From positions 1 through 46,331 of the forward strand of contig JBCCKK010000001.1 of the NCBI GenBank assembly GCA_039027395.1: a DNA stretch of 46,331 nt. Direction: 5' to 3'. The stretch comes from Verrucomicrobiota bacterium (GTDB lineage: Bacteria > Verrucomicrobiota > Verrucomicrobiia > Methylacidiphilales > JBCBYL01). Each line of letters opens with the position of its first letter. Position 1 is the first letter of the stretch. The position numbers were made by a program, and so were the translations under genes. Shown here in pieces: positions 28,029-36,748 of the stretch. The notes under the pieces were generated by a model. The model was not told where the DNA came from. It saw nothing but the letters and a program-made list of their open reading frames with translations, and made no database searches.

Positions 28029-28739
28029 TCTTCACCAGCTCAGACAACAGACTTAGAAGATCGCGTCGCCGAATTGGAAAAACGAGTCGCCGAATTGGAG
28101 GGGGCTCTCGGCAAAGGCGACAAATCAGTTTCCGAGATTGCCAGCGATGAAACGGTGCTGTTTTCTGACGGTTTTGAAAAAGGTCTCAGCAACTGGACAA
28201 CTGCGGAATTCAAAAGCGGCAAATGGATTGATGCTGACGGAGGCAATGTCGGGGAGTTTTCTTCATGGCGTGCGACGGCAGAAGTCACAACAGAGCAGAA
28301 GAAAACGAAGGCTGCCTCGGGTGACCGATTCGCAACCACTGCCAGACAGCAAGACGGACTTTCGGTGATCTTTCCAGAGAACAAGAACTGGACAGGCTGG
28401 TACGGTCATCGCTTCCTCGTCACGAAAGAACCGATCGATTTAAAAGGCACCTCCTTTCCGGTCCTTACCCTGTCCATCATCCTTGATTACTTCACGAATC
28501 AGGGAACGAAGAATTCCGCGATGGTGGGATATCTCCGTGAAGGCGAAGGCATTGCCGATTTTCAAGCCCTCATGACAGTTGAGCAGGCCATATCAGAATG
28601 GACAACATTCGAGATCGATTGCTCCTCAATTCCCAAAGACACTCCCGTCCATCTTGCGATTGTCTACAAGACGCCGAATTCCAAAGCTCTGTCCACCAGT
28701 GGACTTCAGATTGATGATGTTCTCTTTACCGATCAGTAA
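27978..28739 (+). CDS. Secreted protein with a short coiled coil and a jelly-roll (choice-of-anchor-J / MAM-like) domain
   Basis: Signal peptide MRAQVVTIFSSFVFLIHSSPA; TDLEDRVAELEKRVAELEGAL; C-terminal ...GLQIDDVLFTDQ is typical of such beta-sandwich domains. Confidence 0.6.
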   Translation: MRAQVVTIFSSFVFLIHSSPAQTTDLEDRVAELEKRVAELEGALGKGDKSVSEIASDETVLFSDGFEKGLSNWTTAEFKSGKWIDADGGNVGEFSSWRATAEVTTEQKKTKAASGDRFATTARQQDGLSVIFPENKNWTGWYGHRFLVTKEPIDLKGTSFPVLTLSIILDYFTNQGTKNSAMVGYLREGEGIADFQALMTVEQAISEWTTFEIDCSSIPKDTPVHLAIVYKTPNSKALSTSGLQIDDVLFTDQ

Positions 28740-28771
28740 GAGACGACCGATCGCGTCATGACGCAGCCCAG

Positions 28772-28811
28772 CGAGCCGCTGAGGCGATAGCCTTTGCGGC
28801 AGCGATTTTTG
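28772..28811 (+). terminator. Rho-independent terminator candidate downstream of 27978..28739
   Basis: Stem GCCGC-(T)-GAGGC / GCCTT-(T)-GCGGC (28775-28785 pairing with 28790-28800), GATA loop, and a T-run ATTTTT at 28805-28810. Confidence 0.5.
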
Positions 28812-28860
28812 TCCTTTTGTCGCAATCAAAAGGATGGGCGGGGAGCACTGTCTGAAGTTG

Positions 28861-29202
28861 GGCGGTCGGACGCGTTATCGGAACGATGACAGTGTCCAAC
28901 CCCAACTGAAGAGTGTGCGGGGCGGGCCGCATTTTGTTCCCCGTAACGTTGGTTCAACCGTTGGGTTTCTTGTTCGTTTGGTTGTTCACCAGTTCCTCAT
29001 CAGTTCCCAGTTGCGGCAACCGTCGGCTGAATCGTGGGGTCAATTGACAAGAAAAACCTCCCAAATCACGAACAGAGAAGATTCAACCATCGATGTCCCG
29101 CCGACTGACCGTCTGAAAAGTGAAACGGGCCGCTATCACGAACGTGATAGGGTGCTGGAAGGCGGTCAGTCGGGGGGACTTGTCCTCCCCGTCGGTTGCC
29201 GC
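28861..29202 (+). other. Non-coding element with nested long-range complementarity; either a structured RNA or an origin-type (oriT/oriV/ssDNA) DNA structure
   Basis: Helix A pairs 29095-29113 with 29161-29179 (19 positions: 17 WC, 1 GU, 1 mismatch). Inside it is the palindrome CTATCACG-AA-CGTGATAG (29133-29150). Helix C pairs 29013-29026 with 29189-29202 (13/14 WC) and encloses helix A plus helix D (29028-29033 with 29080-29085). An upstream hairpin lies at 28874-28890. GTCAATTGAC is at 29039-29048. Confidence 0.4.
28931..29010. repeat. GTTC-core iteron cluster related to those at 22993-23023 and 538-709
   Basis: TGTTCGTT (28971-28978) and TGTTCACC (28983-28990) are 12 bp apart, followed by AGTTCCTCAT and CAGTTCCC. 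The stretch is colinear with TGTTCGCC-N4-TGTTCACC-TCAT at 22993-23016 (16/20 identity by eye). GTTCGTTT is the core of the 538-709 iterons. Confidence 0.4.
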
Positions 29203-29423
29203 TCCTAGGCCAGTTGTTCTAGTCACTCAGCTCTTTCCGCGTTGCTGTAGGTGAGGTTCACTACGTTCAGTCTGTTGTTGAGTGCACCTGCCACCCCATT
29301 GAAATTGGAGCCTATCGCTGGAAGCGGCGAAGCATTCTTTGACTATTGCGTGCTGTCACTCCAAAAAATCGTCGGTTTTGGAATTGCTCGTAGAACACGT
29401 CAACCCATACTGCATCACATCTC

Positions 29424-31517
29424 ATGAAAGAAACGTTTTTCAAAATTTGTCTCGCTTGTTTCAGCGTTTTTTCAATCGGGGCACTCACGGCGTACAGTGT
29501 ATTACCGTCATCGTATAAAACACTCTCGGAATTAATCGCAATTCTCGGTTTCATTTGCGCTTTCGGAGCAGTGATTGTTTCCGGAATTCTTGCGACCAAG
29601 TTTTCGAAAGGTGAACTCATCGCCGGAATACCAAACAGTAGAATCTCGTTGCCTGCATTTTCTGCTTTCATGGCTGGGGTTGGTATTTTCTTTAGCTTGC
29701 AAGCAGCTCGACTGACCGCAGTTTCCCTTAAGATTGACGCTATCTCTCAAAAATCTGCAATTTCGGAAAAGATCGCAGATGAAGAAATTGCTAGAGTTGA
29801 GAGCATTCTGAAAAATAATGAAAGCGATCTACAGGACCGGATCGTCGCCATAAAAGACATTATCGATGTAATGCGGCACCCTATAGTGTCGGCGTCAAAC
29901 GAAGGAGTGCGTGATAGCTTTTACCCCAACGTGGACAGGGGCAGGCGACTCTTCCGTGAGCTTCTCAGAGGGAAGTACGCCCCCTCATTTCAAGAAGATG
30001 ACGAAGAAGAGCTCTTCAGAAAAACAATTCTGATAGAACTTTCTCGAATGGGCTCTCAGAACAACTTCGGAGACAATACAACATTATGGGATTGGGAAAG
30101 CCCTATTGGGATTGATGTCGCAAGTGAATTTCCTTCCGTACGTCAGATCATACCTGAATCACCTTGCGATCTCCGTCACCTCCATCCAGATGATTGGAAT
30201 TTTGCAAAATTATCTAATTTTTCAACCACTGATGAGAGAGCTCGCAAATGGAACCTTTTCATAGTGGAAAAAGCTGATTTCCAAGGTGCTGATTGGACAG
30301 GAGTAGACATAGTTCGCGCAGATGTCCCACAGCCAGAATTCTTAAACTCAACCTTGTCCAACGCTTCGTTTCTTTACACAAAGATAAGAGGAGCAGAGTT
30401 CATAAAAGCAGTCGATTGCAAAAACATTCAATTTGTTAACTGCGATCTTTCAAGAATCAGTATAACTGGAGGCAATTGGACAGAAGCCGAGTTCTACAAT
30501 AATCGCATGTGGCGCTGCCACATATCCTCTTACCACGAAAAGCTCATATGGAAAATCAATCACGGAGATTTCACGGGAAACGACCTTCGCAGTGGTTACA
30601 CCGATATACGATTCCAACATGCGCAAGAAGTTTTGCAATCAAACGATTTTCGAGGATTTTATTTTGATAATGGACTTCTGATCGAGAATGCACACTTTAG
30701 TGGCCAGACCCTAACTAATCATAAATTAGATTTGACCGGCATCACGTGTGCGGACGCCCTAAATATTTCAGACAGCAGCTTTCTCGATACTGCGTTCACA
30801 GGAAGCTCTCTGACAGGCATTGCTTCCAATACAAGCTTCACATCTTGCCAATTCTTTGGGGCCGACCTTGGAAACCTTTTCTTCAAAAGCGTTGATATAT
30901 CCGGCAGCACCTTTGGTTTCATAAAGGAATTTCCCATCACTGTATCGGTGACTAAAACCACACCTCCGTCCGGAGAGATTATATCGTATGTGATTGGTGA
31001 GGCGCCACCATTTATTGATCACTTTTCTTCAGCAACCATTCTGCCTGAATTCCCATCTAGATCCGTATATATTGATATCCCGGGATCTATCTTCCCGTTT
31101 AATGTGGAAGATATAAAACTAATAGAAGGCTTCCTTCATCCGTTTGGTGGATATAACTATTATTTCTTGAGTGATGAGTCAAACCCGTTTTTCGTAGACA
31201 TTACAGACCAAGAAATTGATCCAAAGTTTCTTAGTGGACAGTTCTTAGGCACCTGGATGAAGCTGGATGTTCGGAATTTTCTTCTAGAAGAGATTGACAA
31301 AACAGTTCCGAAAGTTGATCGGGATTTACGTCAAATACTCACTAATGCGAAGAACGAGCTGCTTTTAATCACGGAAGAATCAACTCTTATCCCGGAAGAT
31401 GAGAATGCAAAAAACTGGGAAGCATGGGAAGAACGAAAAGCGTGGTCACTCGATACCGCAATTACCGCAGAACTTAAGTCAGTGATGAATAGGGATCATC
31501 TCAATACGGCAGAGTAA
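29424..31517 (+). CDS. Membrane-anchored pentapeptide-repeat protein (697 aa)
   Basis: Three N-terminal hydrophobic helices. The central region has A(D/N)LxX-type repeats (ADFQGADWTGVDIVRADV, NASFLYTKIRGAEFIKAVDCKNIQFVNCDLSRISITGGNWTEAEF, and others). Confidence 0.75.
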   Translation: MKETFFKICLACFSVFSIGALTAYSVLPSSYKTLSELIAILGFICAFGAVIVSGILATKFSKGELIAGIPNSRISLPAFSAFMAGVGIFFSLQAARLTAVSLKIDAISQKSAISEKIADEEIARVESILKNNESDLQDRIVAIKDIIDVMRHPIVSASNEGVRDSFYPNVDRGRRLFRELLRGKYAPSFQEDDEEELFRKTILIELSRMGSQNNFGDNTTLWDWESPIGIDVASEFPSVRQIIPESPCDLRHLHPDDWNFAKLSNFSTTDERARKWNLFIVEKADFQGADWTGVDIVRADVPQPEFLNSTLSNASFLYTKIRGAEFIKAVDCKNIQFVNCDLSRISITGGNWTEAEFYNNRMWRCHISSYHEKLIWKINHGDFTGNDLRSGYTDIRFQHAQEVLQSNDFRGFYFDNGLLIENAHFSGQTLTNHKLDLTGITCADALNISDSSFLDTAFTGSSLTGIASNTSFTSCQFFGADLGNLFFKSVDISGSTFGFIKEFPITVSVTKTTPPSGEIISYVIGEAPPFIDHFSSATILPEFPSRSVYIDIPGSIFPFNVEDIKLIEGFLHPFGGYNYYFLSDESNPFFVDITDQEIDPKFLSGQFLGTWMKLDVRNFLLEEIDKTVPKVDRDLRQILTNAKNELLLITEESTLIPEDENAKNWEAWEERKAWSLDTAITAELKSVMNRDHLNTAE

Positions 31518-31603
31518 CGCGTTTGTTTAGCCTCATGCTCCGAGTCAGACAGAATATTCTATGCCAACAGACTAAGACCCTTGGGGAGATGAGGCGAATA
31601 GCG

Positions 31604-31885
31604 TTACGAATGAGAGGCAACACCTCTTTGTGTGATTGGGATATGATATTCAGGGCTGGAGCTAAAGACTATTTGTTGACCTGAAACACTTAGAATAGGA
31701 ATCCTACTAGCCTGGTCAACTTCGTTCCTTTTATTCTTTCCTCGTGGACTCAGAAAGACCCCAACCGCGATGCGATTGGGGTTCAAGACCCGCCTTCGAA
31801 CGAAATCTTCAAAGCGCAGATGATTATCGGTTGCGTCCACAGTCTCCACCGGCACGAGGAGAGTTGCTTTCGCAGCCGTATTCAT
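31604..31885 (-). CDS. Hypothetical protein (93 aa)
   Basis: ORF downstream of the DUF3768 gene on the same strand. No motif recognised. Confidence 0.35.
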   Translation of the reverse strand: MNTAAKATLLVPVETVDATDNHLRFEDFVRRRVLNPNRIAVGVFLSPRGKNKRNEVDQASRIPILSVSGQQIVFSSSPEYHIPITQRGVASHS

Positions 31886-31977
31886 GCCGAATCTGCCTTT
31901 GTCTCACACTGTGATTGGAGAATCGGATACGTTCATCCAGCGGGAAAATACATTCTAACATAAACATAGTCGAGAAA

Positions 31978-32391
31978 TCAATACTCTTCGGCGAGCATGA
32001 TTGTCAAAACTCGACGTGTGCATGCAGGGTTTGCAGGATCGGGACTTCCTTCCCGAAGTTCGTGATCATAGTAATCAATCTTCCAATAGAATTTCTGGCA
32101 ATTAAATTCGAAACTCCCGAAATCATGTTCACCGTAAGGATCGTTATTAGGATGGAAATCTGTGAACGTTCGAACCATCTCCATCAATTCAAGATTCGCT
32201 TCCAGACCGAGGCTAGCAACTCCTGAAGTGGTGAAAATATCTCCACCAGTCAGCGTTCGCCGAAAGACGTCATTAGCGGAGCGAATCGCAATCTTTTTGT
32301 GTTCACGCTCCTGAGGAGACAATTGAATATCCTGATGGGTATTGGTAGTTTGAGGGTCATCAAAACCTTCGAAAGAAGGGCGCTTGTTCAT
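31978..32391 (-). CDS. DUF3768-family protein (common on conjugative/mobilisable elements)
   Basis: C-terminal motif set NDPYGEHDFGSFEF...FYWKIDYYD...SPDPANPACTRRVLTIMLAEEY matches my memory of DUF3768. Confidence 0.65.
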   Translation of the reverse strand: MNKRPSFEGFDDPQTTNTHQDIQLSPQEREHKKIAIRSANDVFRRTLTGGDIFTTSGVASLGLEANLELMEMVRTFTDFHPNNDPYGEHDFGSFEFNCQKFYWKIDYYDHELREGSPDPANPACTRRVLTIMLAEEY

Positions 32392-32419
32392 GGTTAAGTG
32401 GGATTAAAAAATGAAAAGT

Positions 32420-33187
32420 TTATGATTGGACGAGCCCTTTGGGAGGAGAACGCCCAGGAAAAGCAAAAAGCTCTTCCGTGAGAAAATTGCAGTTTCGGTA
32501 TCGCCAACCCCGAGATGTGAAACTGTGAGAGTTGATCCACTGCTCTTGAAACGTAAAGAGGGCTAGATGGTTCATCCCGGACAACTGAGTCGCCTTCATT
32601 AAGTGCTCCATCCGTTCAGAAGTTTGGCACGCAACGAGAATTCGAAATTTGGTCACGCTGTGCGATGCAATTTCTGGATGCTTCAGGATGGTTTGGCGGG
32701 CCTTCAAATACCGCTCCATTTTCCCTCGGAAAGACTGAAGGTTTCCTTTTGTTCCACAGGAAGACTGAGTCGAACGATCCAATTCCAGAAAAAAGATGAC
32801 GGGCGTTTTCCCGATGGAGACGAGAATCGTACCGTCTGGCTTTACCTGCCGGCTGGCGAAGGCCAATTCCCCATCTCGCCAGAAGGAGAAGATGGGAAGG
32901 TTGGCATTTTCACAGTCCTGCCAAAACTTGAGCCAGAATCTAGCCACTTCGTATTCGTGGCGTTGCAAGGCATCTCCGATTGGCTTGGTGGCTCTTGCAG
33001 GAACATAGATTCCGTCTGCCTTCAACAATTCGGCACCCTTTTTTCCCAGGTAATAGTAGTATTCGCCGTTCCACAACATGCGCCTTCGGTTGATGTATCC
33101 GGCTCTTACGAGTTGGTTGAGTCGGCGATACATTCCCTCGTAACCCGTAAATGGTTTTGAATGTCTCTGGGTAGCTTGCCCTATCAA
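32420..33187 (-). CDS. Replication-relaxation family protein, copy 2; the conserved N-terminus continues upstream to about 33256
   Basis: RRLNQLVRAGYINRR (wHTH) and VKPDGTILVS...VIFFLELDRSTQS parallel copy 1. The same frame stays open upstream (ILRLSDRDRFLLLQLRSFCLTSR) and aligns with the N-terminus of copy 1. The only candidate start there is ATT 33254-33256. Confidence 0.65.
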   Translation of the reverse strand: MIGQATQRHSKPFTGYEGMYRRLNQLVRAGYINRRRMLWNGEYYYYLGKKGAELLKADGIYVPARATKPIGDALQRHEYEVARFWLKFWQDCENANLPIFSFWRDGELAFASRQVKPDGTILVSIGKTPVIFFLELDRSTQSSCGTKGNLQSFRGKMERYLKARQTILKHPEIASHSVTKFRILVACQTSERMEHLMKATQLSGMNHLALFTFQEQWINSHSFTSRGWRYRNCNFLTEELFAFPGRSPPKGLVQS

Positions 33188-33381
33188 TCGAGAGGTTAGA
33201 CAGAAACTGCGCAGCTGTAACAGGAGGAACCGATCACGATCAGAAAGTCTTAGAATTTTTTGTGTTTTGTTAGTATTTCAGGTAGAACCGGTATATGCCA
33301 AATTCGAAATTGTTGCAAGTTTTCTTGAGATGGCTTCGAAAATAGCACGAAAAATGTCCGTATTTTCTAATCCCCCCTTAC

Positions 33382-34440
33382 ATGCCTGAAGCATCCTCCT
33401 GGATCGATTACAAAGAACTCAAACGACGAGTTCCCATCAGTAAACTACTTAACCTACATCAAGTTTCCCTGGACCAACGCGGCGACAATCTCGTCGGAAA
33501 GTGTCCTATTCCATGCCCGAATCAAGACAACTGCACCGAAGTCGACAACTTTTCAGCTTCTGTGAGCAAGAATTGTTGGCGCTGCTTGACTGATTCATCT
33601 AGTGGAAACGTTATTTCTCTTCACGCCTTAATGACAGGGAGAGACCCGGAGAATGACAAAGCTTTTCGAGAGGCCGCTCTCGAACTCCATGAGAAATTTC
33701 CCCGTGACGGAGAATCAGCTCCAAACCCAGTTGAAGTAACGGAAGCATTAGATGAAAAAGCGATGCCCGAGCGAGATTGGTTCTCCCGTCCAAGTGAAAA
33801 AGAAATTCCTGATGAAACCAATCAGCCTCTTTCATTTGCCCTGCAATTGAAGAGCGATGTCCCCTTCCTTCTCGAAGACAAAAGATTCTCACCCGAAACT
33901 ATTGAAGAGTTCGGTTTAGGGTGGTGTGCTAAGGGGATGTTCGCGGGTCGGATTGTGGTACCGATTCACAACTCGGAAGGAGAGCTAGTCGGATATGCAG
34001 GAAGGGGCGTGAAAGAGAACGATGTTCAAAAGCGCGGGAAGTGGCTTTTCCCAAAAGGATTTCGAAAGAGCCACGAGTTATTCAATCAACACCGACTCGA
34101 TGATGACGATGTGAAAGAAACCGGGGTGGTAGTGACCACTGGGTTTTGGAGCGCAATTCGATTGTCTGAAATAGGCGTGCCCGCAGTCAGTCTCATGGGG
34201 AATAGTTTGAGTGATCTTCAGTGCCAATTGATTTCCGAGCGCACTGGCAAAGTGTGGTTAATGATGGATCGCTGTGATCTCTCCAAATCAAACCTCCCCT
34301 TGATTGCTGCCCGTCTCGCACGGCATGCATTTGTTCGTTTTCTCGCCTATCCAGAGGAATCGCTGGCAAGACAACCCGAGGATTTGACGACCAGCCAGCT
34401 ATACTCAGCACTTCCCGAAGAACTTCTTCGTCATTCTTAG
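33382..34440 (+). CDS. DnaG-like primase-related protein (zf-CHC2-like finger plus Toprim-like domain)
   Basis: GKCPIPCP...FSASVSKNCWRC...GNVISL resembles zf-CHC2. GRIVVPIHNSEGELVGYAGR and VVVTTGFWSAIRL...LMMDRCD resemble Toprim. The usual Toprim Glu (xEG) appears replaced by Thr. Confidence 0.6.
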   Translation: MPEASSWIDYKELKRRVPISKLLNLHQVSLDQRGDNLVGKCPIPCPNQDNCTEVDNFSASVSKNCWRCLTDSSSGNVISLHALMTGRDPENDKAFREAALELHEKFPRDGESAPNPVEVTEALDEKAMPERDWFSRPSEKEIPDETNQPLSFALQLKSDVPFLLEDKRFSPETIEEFGLGWCAKGMFAGRIVVPIHNSEGELVGYAGRGVKENDVQKRGKWLFPKGFRKSHELFNQHRLDDDDVKETGVVVTTGFWSAIRLSEIGVPAVSLMGNSLSDLQCQLISERTGKVWLMMDRCDLSKSNLPLIAARLARHAFVRFLAYPEESLARQPEDLTTSQLYSALPEELLRHS

Positions 34441-34450
34441 CCGTCGCTTT

Positions 34451-36742
34451 ATGCAATCCGTGAATCGGCGACGCAATCTGATCTGCAAATCAATGACGGT
34501 TCCTCGAGACAACGAGATAGGTCCAGAGGCGTTCGAACAGGTGCTCGCAAGCCTCCATAGTATTCGAAACCTGGAGGCGGGTTTCCAAATTCAGAGCCAT
34601 ACAGACTTTGTAGAAATCGTTTGCTTCGCGAAAAGTGAACTGTTTCCGGTCATCGAGTCACGCATCCGGGCAAATCACCCAGATTGCCAATTTAGCAAGA
34701 GCACATTGATTGCAGAATCTCAACACTGCGGAGCTATAAATCCCAGAGAAATCGTTCTTCTTCCGTTCAAGAGATACCCGCAATTTGAGTCACAAGGAGA
34801 GCATCGCCACATGGCACCCGTTTCCGCGTTATTCGGCGCGGTGGCCAGTCATCACGGGACGTTCATTCGAGTCGAATTCCGCCCCCTAGATTCTGGATGG
34901 AATCAAATCGCACATTCGATCTTGGAACATCTCTACAGCAGTGAGATCAATGCACAGCCTTGGTATCGACTCGCCCTCGTCTGGGCAGCACTGAGCCCAT
35001 CTCGGGCTCAACGGTTAACGAGGAAACCGTTCTACTTTTTGCTCCGTCTTCTCGATCCGTCTCGTTTTCCGTCCAATCGGCATATTGCAGCAAATGAGCA
35101 TCAAACGACGGGACGGCACGAGCGAGAATCAGTAAGCGCCTCAATCTTCGACAAAATCAATCGACCGCAATTTTCGGTATCCTTGGTTGTGGGAACGACA
35201 GAGGTGAAAAGGTCGAAAGCAGTCTTTCAAATCAGAGATGTCGCCGCGGCCTTTCAAGTCTTTGCCCAACCGCAAATGAACTCTTTCGCCCTCGCCAGAC
35301 CAATTACAATGTTCCACCCCGCCCTGTCTCGAAAGCGTTGCGTTCTTTCGACAGAGGAATTGGCTACGATCATTCATCTCCCAACTCAATCGGTCTCCAT
35401 TCCCAAAATAAGGTGGATGGAGAGTCGAGAGTTCGAGCCGCCTCAAGAACTAGATGGCCAACCCAACCCAGTTGCCACGGTCATCGGGAAACTCCGTTTT
35501 CGAAATTCCACGACTCAGGTGACGATCAACAACGAAGATCGCCGTCGACATTTCTACATCTTGGGAAAAACAGGAATGGGAAAATCGACTCTGTTGCAGA
35601 ATATGCTGGTTCACGACGTTAAATCGGGAAGAGGCATCGGGTTGGTGGATCCCCACGGTGATTTGGCAGAGAGCGTGCTGGCAATGATCCCGAAAAACCG
35701 AAGTAACGATGTCATTCTCTTCGATCCCGGAGACAATGAGTTCCCAATTGCTTTCAACATTCTGGAAAACTTCCACGCGATGGAACCGAGTCTCATCGCT
35801 TCGGGGGTAGTATCCGTTTTCAAAAAACTAAACTCGGACTCATGGGGACCTCGTTTAGAACACTTTTTGCGCAACAGTCTCTTGACTCTGGTGTCTGCCG
35901 AAAATACGACCCTCCTCGGGCTGCAACGTATTCTCGTCGACGATGAATATCGGGAAAAGATAGTAAGGCAGATTGAAGACCCGCTGCTTCGAAAATTCTG
36001 GCACACCGAATTCGACGTCCTTCCCGCCGGGAAAAGAGCTGAAGTGATCTCTCCTATCCAGAACAAGGTTGGGCAGTTTCTCTCTGCGCCTATAGTTCGA
36101 AACACTTTAGGTCAGGTCAAATCTCGCTTCAATTTCCGATCCGCAATGGACCAGCAAAAAATTGTCATCGTCAATCTCTCAAAGGGTCGGCTCGGAGAGG
36201 ATTACTCAAATTTTCTCGGTGCTCTGTTGGTCACCAAGATCCAGTTGGATGCGATGAGTCGAGCCGATATTCCTGAAAACGAACGAAAAGACTTTTTTGT
36301 CTACGTGGACGAGTTCCAGAATTTTGCGACAGAGTCATTTGCCACGATCCTATCTGAAGCCAGAAAATATCGACTCAGTCTCATCCTTGCCAATCAATAC
36401 CTTGATCAATTGATCCCCGAAATTGAATCTGCTGTGTTTGGAAACGTTGGATCAATTCTTTCCTTTCAGATAGGCACCAAAGATGCGGAAAAATTGAGTA
36501 AGGAATTTGGTCACCCAAATTTAAGACCGTCTGATCTGACAAATCTTGCGAAATACAACGCCATTTGTCGCATCATGAAAAACGGTCAGACTTCTCCGGC
36601 TTTCTCGATCTCCACCTTGCCTCCGCCAATTCGTCGCTCCAATTCAAAGGAGTGCGATAAAATGAGAAACATGAGCCGAACACGATACTGCACGAGCAGG
36701 TCAAAAGTGGAACACGCAATCCAGCGTTGGTCCAGGCAGTAG
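34451..36742 (+). CDS. VirD4/TraD-family coupling ATPase-like protein, copy 2 (763 aa)
   Basis: Walker A ILGKTGMGKST; GLVDPHGDL; Walker B FFVYVDEFQNF; KYRLSLILANQYLDQL. Confidence 0.75.
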   Translation: MQSVNRRRNLICKSMTVPRDNEIGPEAFEQVLASLHSIRNLEAGFQIQSHTDFVEIVCFAKSELFPVIESRIRANHPDCQFSKSTLIAESQHCGAINPREIVLLPFKRYPQFESQGEHRHMAPVSALFGAVASHHGTFIRVEFRPLDSGWNQIAHSILEHLYSSEINAQPWYRLALVWAALSPSRAQRLTRKPFYFLLRLLDPSRFPSNRHIAANEHQTTGRHERESVSASIFDKINRPQFSVSLVVGTTEVKRSKAVFQIRDVAAAFQVFAQPQMNSFALARPITMFHPALSRKRCVLSTEELATIIHLPTQSVSIPKIRWMESREFEPPQELDGQPNPVATVIGKLRFRNSTTQVTINNEDRRRHFYILGKTGMGKSTLLQNMLVHDVKSGRGIGLVDPHGDLAESVLAMIPKNRSNDVILFDPGDNEFPIAFNILENFHAMEPSLIASGVVSVFKKLNSDSWGPRLEHFLRNSLLTLVSAENTTLLGLQRILVDDEYREKIVRQIEDPLLRKFWHTEFDVLPAGKRAEVISPIQNKVGQFLSAPIVRNTLGQVKSRFNFRSAMDQQKIVIVNLSKGRLGEDYSNFLGALLVTKIQLDAMSRADIPENERKDFFVYVDEFQNFATESFATILSEARKYRLSLILANQYLDQLIPEIESAVFGNVGSILSFQIGTKDAEKLSKEFGHPNLRPSDLTNLAKYNAICRIMKNGQTSPAFSISTLPPPIRRSNSKECDKMRNMSRTRYCTSRSKVEHAIQRWSRQ

Positions 36743-36748
36743 CTGCTT

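Noticed and set aside
28834-29208. 124-aa plus-strand ORF in the structured intergenic region
   Set aside because: The ORF coincides with nested inverted repeats and palindromes and has no protein-like motif. It is probably an accidental open frame in a G+C-rich non-coding stretch. A BLASTX/HHpred search would settle it.
29312-29671. 119-aa minus-strand ORF overlapping the start of the pentapeptide-repeat gene
   Set aside because: It is antisense to a 697-aa ORF whose N-terminus encodes coherent TM helices, so it is most likely a shadow ORF.
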